Shown here piece by piece: positions 1 through 12,610 of a stretch of DNA of 64,000 nt; the stretch's first letter is position 1; every line of letters starts with the position of its first letter. Source of the DNA: Octopus sinensis (Eukaryota); assembly GCF_006345805.1 (NCBI RefSeq), contig NC_043011.1:34546464-34610463 (forward strand). Direction: 5' to 3'. The position numbers and the translations under genes were made by a program. The notes beneath the pieces are model-generated. The model saw nothing but the letters and a program-made list of their open reading frames with translations. It was not told the origin of the DNA and did no database searches.

Positions 1-349
1 CACAACTCGCGTGTCGCCAGATCAGAAGCACAGGCGTGCGGCTATGAACTCATCCCCCATCACCTGACCTGCACCCTCTGATTTTCACCTCTTCCCAGCC
101 ATGAAGTTGTTTTTGAAAGGAAAGCGTTTCCCAGATGATGCAGCCTTGATTTCTGAAGTCACGTCGTGGTTGGAGGACCAAGCTGGGGTCTTCTACAAAA
201 ACGGTCTTCAGAGCTGCATCAAACGATGGGAGAAATGCATAACTCTGGGTGGTCCCTATGTAGAAAAAGACTAATAACTGTGCCAAGTTTCGTTGCTCTA
301 CTGCTATGGGAAGTGGGTCAGGGGCATTACTTATTGAACGCCCCTCGTA
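1..349 (+). mobile_element. Mariner transposon 3' end: frameshifted transposase C-terminus plus terminal inverted repeat
   Basis: Translation gives HNSRVARSEAQACGYELIPH / PDL.PSDFHLFPAMKLFLKGKRFPDDAALISEVTSWLEDQAGVFYKNGLQSCIKRWEKCITLGGPYVEKD* (stop 272-274), with the mariner YSPDLAPSD motif damaged. Ends in ...TTATTGAACGCCCCTCG-TA, a mariner-type TIR plus TA target. Confidence 0.9.
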
Positions 350-409
350 CAATATTTATAGTTTACGGCGATTTTGCTGGGAACCAAACAGCTGTGTAAA
401 TATCTCTCT

Positions 410-561
410 CAACACTTATCTTTAATTTACTTGGTTCAGTTGATTTCATTAAGTTTACAGGGATATGAGAAAATACAGATGTTAGTCAAAATTAATTTAC
501 TATATAAAACCTTTTGCTTCCCTTTTTTAACAAATTGTATCCCCCATGCATTTCAGTGAGT
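410..561 (+). promoter_or_regulatory. Promoter and short non-coding first exon of gene A1
   Basis: TTATCT 416-421, CAGATG 476-481, TATATAAAA 501-509, donor GTGAGT 556-561. Same motif order upstream of all six paralogues. Confidence 0.65.
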
Positions 562-650
562 TTTATTTGTAGTTTCTAGTACATTTCAATGACTTTCCTT
601 ATTTCTTCTCTCTAGCCTAGAACTTCATATTGACATACTCTAACAAGACC

Positions 651-1092
<442 letters not shown>

Positions 1093-1113
1093 CGTTTACT
1101 TTATATTTTAGAC

Positions 1114-4100
1114 ATGAAGCTCGTCCTTTTGTGTTTAGTGTTGCTTCCCATCGTCTTCTCCGCCAGCCTCTATGATGAGGAGGTCGACAAAAGACTTTCA
1201 AGTAAGTAAAAGCAAATCCTTATATAAACATTTTGTGTATCAGAATGACAGTTATGATATTGTTGTTGTTGTTTAACCCTAGGTCAACGCTGGTCGGGCA
1301 GATTTGCCTTTTACCAAAAGTTTTTGCAGCTGTGACAAAATAATGGTCTTCTCGAATTTGCTAGTCCATCACGCTTACAATAATAATGTTTGAGACGGTA
1401 GCCTAGCAGAATCGTTAGCATGCTAAACAAAATGATTAGCGGCATTACTTCCGGGTTTATATTCTGAGTTTAAATTCTGCCGAGTTCTACTTTGCTTTTC
1501 ATCATGTTAGTGTTGATAAAATAAGTACCAGTTGAGCACGGGGCTCAATGTAATCGACTAGTCCCTTCTCCTAAAATTTCAGGCTTTTTACCAATTGTAG
1601 ATAGTATTATTACTATTATTATTCTAGTTGTCATATTTTTATTGCGTGCTTCAACTGTGCAACCAATCGCATTTCTGTATTTGTTGTAGGAAATTAGTAA
1701 TAATGGTACACCACACTCACAGGACAGATGGAATAACCTAGTCACTATAAACGAGGAGAGTACATAGTAGGCAGTCAGAGAAAGTTGTGTATAAGTGTTT
1801 TATGTTATGTTTAATAATATCGGAAAATAGAAGAACAATTTTAGAGCACATATAACGGTTCAAATAATTGTAATGGTAGACGATAATTAATTGTTATGTA
1901 AATACATGATAAAAACGGACAGTTTAAAAAGATTAATGGTAATGCATGTGATGAGAGGCGCATGCAACCATTCATAACCCCATTATTGCATAATCATCTA
2001 TTCATATAGATGTATTGTCTCCTATGTGGTGTCCTAACTGCCCTTGTTTGCCTCACTCTATGTTGGGCCCTTGTGACTTCATTCTGTGGCTTCCTTATTC
2101 GATTTTCTTAGGGCTCTCTTCAAAGTATCGACGAAGCGTTCTGCCTATCCATTAGATCTGGGATGGTTTGGCGCAGTGGTCATATGTTCTACTGCGAACG
2201 TTTCACAAAATATTTCAAATTCGCTAGACACAAATTGCGTTCCATTGTCAGACACTATCACGTCCGTGATGCCAAATCTCGCAAACAGTTCGTGTAGAAA
2301 ACTTATCACAGTTGAGGAGGTTGTATTTTTTTACACTCACAAATTTCAGACCATTTACTTTATTAGTAACCTTCCGTTTTTTTCTAGCGTCACTGGCCGT
2401 TTGGCTATTGTTATAGTATACGAGTTCGACTACTTTTCGTTCTAGCATTCAGTGCGAGGCTAGCTATCTCTGATGATGGGACGAAATGGTGAAGTCATGT
2501 TATAAGGTAGTGCCACACACGGGTGCGGACGGTCATTTCATCAGTCGACATAGTCAGTGATTAATTAGTATGCATCGTCAACATGAGATGGTATCTCTGG
2601 ACGTATACACCAGTTAAAAGTGTACTAAACAACACATCCAGTTTAGGTTGCATATAGTAATATCATTCGTTCAAACGCTACTAATTTATTAGTAGCCCGT
2701 CGGATTTTTGCGGCATCACTGGCTGTTTGACTATTACTATTATATACACATTCGACTGTTTTCCGTTCTGGCAATCGGCACAAGGCTGGCTATCGCTGGT
2801 GATTCACAAAATTGGTAAAATCACATGATACGGTAACACCATCCACCGGTGCAGACGATCATTTCATTAGTCGATATAATCCGTGCTTTTAGTCGGCGTG
2901 CTGGTAGAATCGTTAGCACGCCGGGAAAAATGCTGAGTGGAATTTTGTCCGTCCTTATTTTCTGAGTTCAAATTCTGTCGAGACCGACTTTACCTTTTTT
3001 CCTTTCGGGGTCCACCAAATAAGTACCAGTTGAGCACTAGGGGCGTTGTAATCGACTTAACCCCTACTCTAAAATGTGCCAACATTTGAAAACGACGTAG
3101 TCGGTGCTTTAATGAACGCTTATCGTCAACACAGGACGGGATCTCTGGACGTATTCTATCAGCGTTTTTCGTAATATGCGTACGATTTCTAATGATGGTT
3201 TTCTTTGTCTAATGTTTATGTGTAAATTTTGTTTGTGTAAAGTCTGCATGTCTTAAAGTTACATCATTGTATTTGTGAGCACGGTAATGCTTTGTAGGAG
3301 ATTATTCTGTTTATAAAGGCAGCAGGCCGGCAGAATCGTTACCACGCCGGGCTTAGCACATTTCTAGTCTCGCATACCGACAAGGTCGACTTTGTCATTT
3401 ACCCTTCCTCTATTGATAAAATAAAATATCAGTCAAGCACTAGACTCGATGTAATCAATAAGACCCTCACCTCAAATTTCAGTTTTTGTGCTTTTAGTAA
3501 AAAGAATAGTTAGCACACCAGATAAAATGTTTAACGATATTCCTTCCGACTTAAAGTTCTAAGTTCAAATTCTGCTGGGGCTACTTTGCTTTTCATCGGC
3601 TCGGAGTCGATAAAACAAGTACTAGTTGAGCACTGAGGTTGACATAATCAACTTCCTTTTTCCCTCAACAATTTGCTGGCCTCGTACCGAAATTAGAAAT
3701 AATTATTCTGCTTATCACTAAAACCCTGTAAATCGCCAATATTTCATATCATTGATTGCAGATTCGATTACATTCCTTACTACCTAACTTATGACGTCGA
3801 GAATGGCATGAATGTCATGAAATCTCATACACTTCTCCGTTATAAATGCCATATTGACTTTCCCTGTGTTATAATTAAAATTCTCGAAGTCACTCAATTA
3901 AACATAAAAAACAAATTATGTTCTATTTAGTTACATTATCTTAAGTTCTGCTGGCTTCCAATATAAAATGCCGCAGTTTTCGATTCTATTTTCCGTTCTC
4001 CGACTTCATTCTCTCTCTCAAACTGTTTCGATTCCTTCTACTTATGTTAAAATCCAACATTAGAAACATTATTTCAACATTTGTTCTAATTTCTCTTGCA

Positions 4101-6048
4101 GTCACCGATGTAATTAATCACATTAAACATCTGAATCTGGGTGACGACTGTGTACAAGCTTGTGAAGATAACGTTCCAAATTTCTGGGCGTTCTTGTGTG
4201 GAGCAGCCTGTAGAATGTAAGTCAATACACAATGTATACACACACACGCACGCACAAAATTTGTTATTTTAATGACAGTACTACGGAACACGTTTCAACG
4301 TAAAATTTCTCTGCCCGTGTTACTTTAGCGTCCCTTCAATTTTTTGTAAAATTGATACATTGCTAAAGCAGGGTCCATTTGATATTTATTAATCCGTATA
4401 AATTCTTAAATCACGTTATACTGCACCATGTACTCAGCATAACGTTTATACGATGTTGTTGTATTTAGGAATGGTCATTTTGCCAGTTTAGCCAATAAAA
4501 ACACACGCACTATATATTTGGTGTTAATTTGGTTCAGCTTTATTTATTTTTTACATTAATCTTAATCTTATTTCGGCCAGAGTTCTTTCGTCACACTTCT
4601 GTGACCTCATCAGTGGTCCTTTGCTTTCTTCTTTCTTTCTTATTTGTGTGTTTCTCCTTACTAACGGTCAGCTCAAGCAAATTAACACCAAATGTATAGT
4701 TCGTGTGTTTTTATTGGCTAAACTGGCAAAATGACCATTCCTAACTACAACACCATCTGTTTCAACACACGATTTCACATCGAGAATCTTGCAAAACAAA
4801 TATATAAACGTTTATACGATGGAAATTAAACAAAGAAAATTAAAAAATAAAGTGAAATGTTTAGTTTTCTATTCTTAACCAGAAATCGAAACCTTAGTCT
4901 AAATTTTTCTGTAGGTTTCTATTGTTCTCAGAATTCTTACTTGGAAATTCATACTCCATTCAACTTAGATAAGCCTTATTCGTTTACTGAACATCTTAGG
5001 TTAAATTTAGTCCATCTCACAATAGCTTTTACCTTCTCTGTTCTTCGGACCTACTTTTGGCTTTGAAACATGTATAAATACAGAGCCCCAAAAGAATTCT
5101 GTCAACCAGTACCTTGCCGGAAGAACATGGCTCTCTTTTACCGGCCACCTTCTCGGAGGGACATCTGCCTTTCACCCGACAACCTGCTGGAGGAACATCT
5201 CTCGCATCTTGCCGGAAAAACACGCCTCTCTTTTGTCCAGCATTTCGGCGAATGGATATGTCTATCTCTTTCTCGTACGTCTATCTCTTTCTAGCACAAA
5301 TTTCTCTCTTTCACGCGACACCTTGCCGCAGGAATATCTCACTGTCTCTCACTGGGCACCTTGCGAGAGGAACATGACTCTCTTTCGCTGGGCACCTTGC
5401 CAGAGGAATATCTGTCTTTCACTCGGGACCTTGCCAGAGGAACATGCCTCTCTCTTTTGTGCGGCATTTAGCAGATTTAACATGCCTGTCATTCTCTCAC
5501 CCCTGGAAAACAGCCAACTACTATAGATTCTGTACACTGTCTCTAAGAAGACGAATAAGAGTTATATGTATAAATTAATACACTTCTAAAACAGCAGATT
5601 TAATCTTGGTCAATCTTCATAGAAAAAAAAGAGGTGAAGAACAAAGCTACTTCTAATACACTGCTTGTAAATTAATCAACTTCAAAAATATGGTCTGTTT
5701 ACTTGATACGAACTGCTGTCTATTGTACAATATAGCACAATATTCCAGGATTTCTGTAAATACCGGATTACTGGAAGCTAGATATCTTTTAGGAAGCGCT
5801 CTTGCTTCCAACTCGACATCAGACCACGGACATTTATACAACCAACGTGAATTAAAAGGAGACTAACGTTTTAGAAGAATTTTAAGAATTTCAATGTAAA
5901 AGATAAATCTTGTGCTAAACGTTACGATACATGACGGCATTTCTTATCCGATAAACAATGCAAAAAGTACAATATTTGGTAAACTTTAGTCTAAACACTT
6001 TTTTCTTTTATTCTTTTCAGTATCTTGGGCAAAGGAGACGGAAACTAA
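1114..6048 (+). CDS. Gene A1: secreted four-cysteine prepropeptide, 76 aa; join(1114..1201,4102..4216,6021..6048). [76 protein letters not shown]
   Basis: Canonical GT-AG boundaries (A|gtaagt, ttgcag|TC, AT|gtaagt, ttttcag|T); phases 1 and 2 join to an open frame. Hydrophobic signal peptide, KR site, AATAAA at 6102-6107. Exon sizes identical in five paralogues. Confidence 0.9.
1395..1600 (+). mobile_element. Octopus-type SINE in A1 intron 1 (equivalent copy at about 16455-16660)
   Basis: GGCAGAATCGTTAGCA...GAGTTTAAATTCTGCCGAG...ATAAGTACCAGTT...GTAATCGACT family motifs, repeated many times in the window. Confidence 0.8.
2085..2356 (-). mobile_element. Inverted fragment of Gypsy integrase core
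   Basis: Reverse complement of about 18480-18750; encodes ...HELFARFGITDVIVSDNGTQFVSSEF...HPRSNG*AERFVDTLKRAL. Confidence 0.85.
4456..4806. mobile_element. Insertion with about 75-bp inverted arms and 15-bp flanking direct repeat, probably Penelope-like (second copy 20853-21203)
   Basis: Arms at about 4458-4532 and 4678-4751. AACGTTTATACGATG at 4441-4455 and 4807-4821. Centre has CTGATGAG...CGAAA on the minus strand. Confidence 0.55.
5085..5470. repeat. Degenerate minisatellite of about 36 bp (CCTTGCCAGAGGAACATG...) in A intron 2 (second copy about 21480-21870)
   Basis: About nine recognisable units; explains the overlapping ORFs called here. Confidence 0.75.
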
Positions 6049-6231
6049 TCGGAACAAAATCGCTGTAAATTCTGTTAATCGTAATGTCTAACATAAAATG
6101 AAATAAAATGCATCACACACACACACACAGATGGTGATTTTATATCTCCTTGTGTTTTAAATAAAAATTGTTTGTTACTTGTTGCTTTGTTAGTTTTTTA
6201 ATATTTTATTTCTTTATTCATTTATTATATA

Positions 6232-7030
6232 CTAGCAGCATAGCCCGGCGTTGCCCCGGTATGTAAGAGCCCCTAGTAGGCAACGACTAATCCCAATCTA
6301 GTCCTTTCCCTCTAGGGAACGAAGTTGCATGTGTAGGTTGCAATGTCTTCTCTTCACTCCCAAATAACTATCAAACAGCTCTCGATAATTCAACCCAACC
6401 AATTCCTACCAGGAAGAAATTACATTCGAGACTTTACCCCCAACACCGCCACTTCTGCTAATAGCTGCTGCAGCCGCAAGTTATTCGAATACTTTTTTTG
6501 TTTACACTTTCTTTATAACTACCACCCCAAACGTTTTACCTTAAATTTTTGACGTACCCTTGGACGCTACTTGCAAACTCTTGGTTTATTATAAACCGCT
6601 TTTGTCGTGTGCATCAAAAAACCTTTTCCATTCGTTTGTTCAGTTTGGTCACTTTTGACTTTTTCGTTGTTGTCACTCACATTGCTGCCCGCTTTTTTTG
6701 CCGTTTTTGTACATTTTTATACATTTTGGGATACTTACCCCACGTGTTCCGAGAGTTAAAAAGGTTGAGTTGCGTCCCCTAGACAGTCTGTAGAAAATGT
6801 GTTGCATATAAAAAGCTTAGATTCTCGACCCATGTCGAATTTATCGATTCTTTTTCAGAACTGGGGGAACTTTTCAAAATTTTCGCTGCGTTAGTTTTGA
6901 ATTATGACATTGGGCTATGTGTGTGTCAAATTTCATCAGAATCGGTTGAAAGCCGTGGTCAGGGTGAGGGTACAACCTGACAGACACACAGACACACAGA
7001 CAGACAAACTGCCGTTTATATATAAAGAGA
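6232..7030 (-). mobile_element. Non-autonomous Helitron, 799 bp
   Basis: Minus strand starts TCTCTTTATATATAAA and ends with a GC hairpin (CCGGGGCAACGCCGGG) then CTAG. Inserted between A and T with no TSD; the empty site is at about 22618 in the duplicate unit. Confidence 0.85.
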
Positions 7031-10000
7031 TTGTTATTGCCGTGAATAAGTCAGTTGAATACAAGAGTTATCGAATGGATTGCTGATTGAGTATCCAATA
7101 GATCAAACCACGCCACTGAATCTGCTCGTTTCTGTGACGGAGACATGACATCGGTTAAGAATGAAACAGTTACATGAGTTCCTAGAGTATTTTAAAGCCT
7201 ACATATATATTACTGACCCAGCTGTTAAAACTGATATATTGAAAACATTCCACTTTCTACACCAATGCCAGTTTTCCAATTTTCCTAAGACATATCTTTC
7301 TGAATCATACGAATATACGCTGAGCAGTTCTTGCAAGGTGCCAGTAAGCTTGCCTGGCGACCGCGTGAGCTTCTTATTTATTTTGAAGTGAATTCTAAGG
7401 CGAGGTTATATAACCACTACTCTAGCTTTCGGTTGGAGGAAATGGCTAATTGTACTTCTTTATCTTGGCTACTCCACTATTTAAATTTGAAGTTTATTTA
7501 AATTTGTGCAGATTATAGGAGGCTCCGTACAATCAATGTCCATAAAGTCGATGTTGTACGTGTATGTATTCAAAACTCTCCACCTTCTAATTTCATGTCA
7601 GTTTTCCAATGCCCCAAGACATACCTTGCTAAATCGCACAAGTAAAATCGAAGCAGTTCGTAGAAACGATGTACTACTTTTCAGGCAAGCAAAGGCAGCA
7701 GCAAAGGACAGAACGGTTACTTTATATAGGGCGTGTTTGCTGTATTCGAAGGTATATTAAGTTTATGAAAGGAGCAGCCTATTTGGATGCCGCAGTTGGC
7801 GGCCGGCGGCCAAGTGTAATTCTTTAAACACTGGTGTTTTCTGAAGATTGCAATAAGCCATATCAACCGGTGTCAAATTCATATCTGAAATTTTCACATT
7901 AAACGAGCCTCTACACAGTTGCACCGCTTGTTAGAAATAGCCGCCAAATTTGCTTTGTCTCATTCTTAAAGAATGTGGGTAGACAACTAAAGCTATAGAT
8001 TATTTTCAGACATTATTGAAGTACTTGAATCTAAAAGATCTAACATAAATTGTAAATGATATCGCAGATAAGATAGCTAGTTCATAGCTGGAATATTTGT
8101 TGAATCGGCACTAACTTGGAACGAAATAACAAAACGTCAACAATAACAAAAATAACAACAAAAACAAAGATAACAGCAAAAACATTTCGGGATGGAGAAC
8201 ATTTATTATAATTTTAAAGTTTTTCGGGGCGCGAAGTGACAAAAGAATTAGAGCGTCGACAAAAAGCTTTGTGGTGTATTTGTCCCGTGTTTACGTCCGT
8301 GGTTGCAGTCTCGCTGAGGTCACGTTTGTTTTCATCTCTCTTATGTCAAGTATAGGATCAACTGTAGGGACTAACTCCCAACCGCCAAAAATTGCTGATC
8401 TTGTGCTTCAATCAGAAACAATAATGACGATCTGGTTGAATTGTTAGTGCGCCAGACAAAACACCATGAGGCATTTCTTCCGACTCTTCATGTTCTGAGT
8501 TCAAAATCCGTCGCTGAGTATTCTTTCGGTGTCGATAAAATAAAATACCTGTCATATACTGGGGTTAACATAGTCAGTTAACCCTCTCCCTTCAAAATTG
8601 TTGGCTTTGTATCTAAACTAGAGACAAGTCATTCTCAGATGAGTTTTCCTGGGATGTTTCCAGCCATGTAGGTCCTCTCTCTATATATTCCTATTAGAGG
8701 CACAAGGCCTGACATTTCAGGGGAGCAGAGCTAATCGATTACATCGACCCCAGTGTGCAACTGGTACTTATTTAATCGACTCCGAAAAGATGAAAGGCAA
8801 AGTCAACCTCTGCAGTCCATGTATGGATATGTCTTGGCGTCACTCAACCACTGCACCTCCTATGAGCATACAGAGCTCAACAATAAGTGATAACCTATCT
8901 AGAATAAGATCAACTCGAGGCAAAAACGAAGGTTGTTGATCTTCCCTACTTCAGTGTTATGTATCTGTGTTATGTATCATCTAAAATGCACAGAGTTATG
9001 GGAAGATGCATTCTACTGTCTTTAAGCAGTTTTGAGGAGACAGTTGTTTGCATCCTATACTTCCAGCAGTAGGAGTCTGTAAGAATTACATGGCAAGCGG
9101 AAACAACTGAAAAGCTAGCAATATCGGGAAAGGACCTAAAAGGAGGCAAGCAGGCAGAGTCGCTAGCATGCCGGACAAAATGTTTAGTGGCATTTCGTCT
9201 GTCATTACACTCTGATTTCAAATTCTGCTATGGCTGATTTTGTAGTGTAATATATGGATACATAGTAATCTAATTCGGAGGAATGCATTGCAGACACCTA
9301 TGCAGTTGAAATCCATGAGATCTGAGCGATGAGCTTATTTCATGAGGAGTATAGAAAGTAAGGAGGTACGAGAGGAGGAGGTGAATATATTTATTTAACC
9401 ACTTGTCGTCTTGAAGGTTACGGCTGTTTCGCAGCCTTTGCCATTTAGTTATAATTTCAATGTAGATTACATTTACATTTCTGCAATAATATGCGTGCTA
9501 CTCTAGATTTCTTTATCTGTTCTGATTTGTAAATATACAATTGTATTTTATAATGCCTCCCCCACACGCACACACATGAGTGTGTGTCGCAAAGATTGAA
9601 CTACGTTTAGCAAGAAAAACTTTTAAGAAACAATAACAAAATTAAGGAATGGTCAAACCTGTTCATAAGGACTTACAGTTTATTGGAGATATCTTGGTTC
9701 AAATTCAATCGCAATAAAAATTGTGGATTTCTACCCATCAGCATCGGAATCACTGCTACGTAATGTATTAGAGTTTTCCCGTTCATTTATAACCATAGGT
9801 GAACAAAAAATACAGCTCTTTATACGTAAGGCATTGTTATTTAGTAACAGATCTATTTGGACTAAAACAGATAACCAAAGCAAACTATTCGATGTCATAA
9901 TAGGTTCGTATCATAGCGTGGATATATGAGATTTAGTTGGTTTATACATATTAAATCATCTTAATTCGAAATTCCCCAGCTATAACACCGGGATATACTG

Positions 10001-10353
10001 CGACGATGCTTTAGTTGTATCACACAATTGAGATGGCCATGCTATGGAATCCTTTAGAAAGTAATTAATTTCTACCTTCAAATGTGTGCGACATAAAATA
10101 TGTATTGATACCAACCTTGTTAATACTGGCTTTTTAAATGTTTCCTAAGATCTCGAAACTAATTCATATAAGTCCTTCCACAAAACTAAAGATTGGTTAA
10201 TGGGTTCAGCCTAATCATCATTCATGGATATCAATCATTAGCTTAGAAAATTCCATTTTCGCCACTTAGAGAGGAAATGAAGCTTAACTGATGTCATGTT
10301 TCCGCTGTAAGAACGAGTTGGAGACTCGGTCAAAAATCCACTCGGTAAGTCAG

Positions 10354-11208
10354 TCATGCATTCAATTGGCTGACATTCAGGAAAGTAACAAAAAAAAAGA
10401 AATTAAATTAAATTAGAAATAGAAAAATAAACTGACTAATCAACAAGTGACAAACAAATTATTACTATTTAAAACACAAGGTAGAAAATAAATAAGTACA
10501 GAAGTAAATAAATAAAATACACTTTTTTGTATAATACAGTTTATTTCCTCTTACGTTACATATTATGGAAAACAGGATTTAGAGTGATGTTTTTCCGGTT
10601 ATTTTCCGCTGCCAGTTTTCTTTATACTGAAAGAAAAAATCAAAGAAAGAATCCATAATTTATCGAATTGTTGTGAGGTTTGGCGGGAGAATTTATGCTT
10701 TAAATTGGAATTTTCTTATTTACCTCAAAATCAGTCTCCAGTTAAGTGCCAGTTACACACTGGGGTCGATGTAATCGACTTAATCCCTTTGTCTGTCCTT
10801 GTTTGTCCCCTCTATGTTTAGCCCCTTGTGGGCAATAAAGAAATAAGAAACGTTAGCACGCCGGCGAAATGCGTAGCGGTATTTCGTTTGTCTTTACGTT
10901 TTGAGTTCCAATTCCGCGGAGGTCGACTATGCCTTTCAGCCTTTCAGGGTCGATAAATTAAGTTCCAGTAGCGAACTGGGAGCGATGTAATCGACTGGCC
11001 CCCTCCTCAAAAATTTCGGGCCTTGTGTCTTGAGTAGAAAACAATATTTCATTCACATAGAAAGGCATGGTCGTGTGGTTAAAAAGCCTACCAGCAACCA
11101 CGTAGCTTCGGGTTGTGTTCTATTGCGCGACACGTGAGGTAAGTGTCTTCAACCAGATCCTTTAGTTGACAAATGCCAGTTGACCGACGGAAAATGTCAG
11201 GAGGTTTG

Positions 11209-11264
<56 letters not shown>

Positions 11265-12196
11265 GTTGTGTAAGTTGTGTAGTAACTTACAATTGACAAG
11301 CTGCTTTGCAAAAGAAATCCGGGAAAAGGGGTATTTCTTTGTGACAAACTTTCTCACAACCTTCACTCAGATCCAGGTTTTGGAGATGCTGAATTAGATC
11401 GTTGACTGCAATAATAAATTAGAAGAGATGTTGAATAATCATGTCTACAATGCTGAATTTTAGCATAAGCACAATGAATTAGCACAATTATGGGAAGAAT
11501 ACTGACCGAGAGGCTAAAATTGAGCGAAAACCAGCAACATTTAAATTACTGAAAGGCAGCAGACCTTAAGACACGACTAAATGCTAAACTTGCTTTGTCA
11601 TTCATTATTGTGTGATGTGGAGGAGCGGGATTATAAGACAGGGTTAATCATAATGGTATATACTGTGGGAGATCTTATGAGATTGTATGATATTGTAATG
11701 GTATTTAATTATGAGATTGTATGATATTCGTGCCTATTTCAGCGTCACCAGTGAAGTAGCGAGAAAAGTCATCGAATTTGCTATCGATAATACGAAATAT
11801 TGGTGGCTTACAAGTTTCACGGTGACAAGCAGAATAATTATTTCTCATTGTGGTAGAAAGCCAGCAATGTTTTGAGGTAAAGGAAAGTTGATTAAATCGA
11901 AGGTATTGTTCAACTTGTACTTGTTTTTTTCTCCACCCTGGAAGGATGAAAGGTGTAGTCGACTTAGCTGTATTTCGCTATGTTCTGATTTCGAATTCAG
12001 CCGACGCCGACTTTGCGTCTCGTCCTTTCGGGGTCGCTGAATCTAAGTACCAGTTGATCATTGGGGTCGATGCAATCGACTCTACCCCTTCCTCCAATTT
12101 CCGACCTTGATCCCATAGTAGGAAGGGATATTGTAAACGTAGCGAACTAGAAAATTCTAGATCATAGAAAAATAAAAATAAACGACAGACAGACAA

Positions 12197-12248
<52 letters not shown>

Positions 12249-12249
12249 G

Positions 12250-12299
<50 letters not shown>

Positions 12300-12576
12300 T
12301 ATTAGAATTATACAGACTTTTTGTTAGAGTCTGTTTTGTCACAGCTGCAAAAACCTTCGGTAACAAGCAAATCCGCACGACATTTCTTCACCTGGAGTTA
12401 AGCAACAACAACAACAACAACAATAACTGCTCTCATACCTATCATTCTGACACAGAAAATATTTCCATAAGGCTTTGTTTTTACTTACGATCCATTCTTT
12501 TGTCGACCTCCTCATCATAGAGGCTGGCAGAGAAGACGATGGGAAGCAATACTAAAAACAAAAGAACGACCTTCAT
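10354..12576 (-). CDS. Gene B1: secreted four-cysteine prepropeptide, 72 aa; complement(join(10354..10369,11291..11405,12489..12576)). [72 protein letters not shown]
   Basis: GT-AG sites, 88-nt and 115-nt exons as in A1. Last exon assignment is supported by an in-frame QL(N/D)A* conserved in three copies, with a silent first-base change in B3. Confidence 0.87.
10760..11040 (+). mobile_element. Composite SINE copies in B1 intron 2 (equivalent at about 26440-26730)
   Basis: Family motifs CTGGGGTCGATGTAATCGACTT and GGAGGTCGACTATGCCTTTCA. Confidence 0.8.
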
Positions 12577-12603
12577 GTCTGAAAAATAAAAATAAACGAC
12601 AGA

Positions 12604-12610
12604 CAGACAA

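Noticed and set aside
2469-2490. CTGATGA-TGGGAC-GAAA hammerhead-like core
   Set aside because: No stem II pairing, stems I and III cannot be closed, and the nearby related copy lacks the core.
5029-5537. Overlapping 60-105 aa ORFs duplicated at 21426-21934
   Set aside because: They lie in a 36-bp minisatellite within intron 2; identity reflects the duplicated tract.
10344-10352. Strong plus-strand donor CG|GTAAGT in the B 3' UTR suggesting an antisense exon
   Set aside because: Mutated in B3 (GATAAGT), and no matching acceptor or frame was found.
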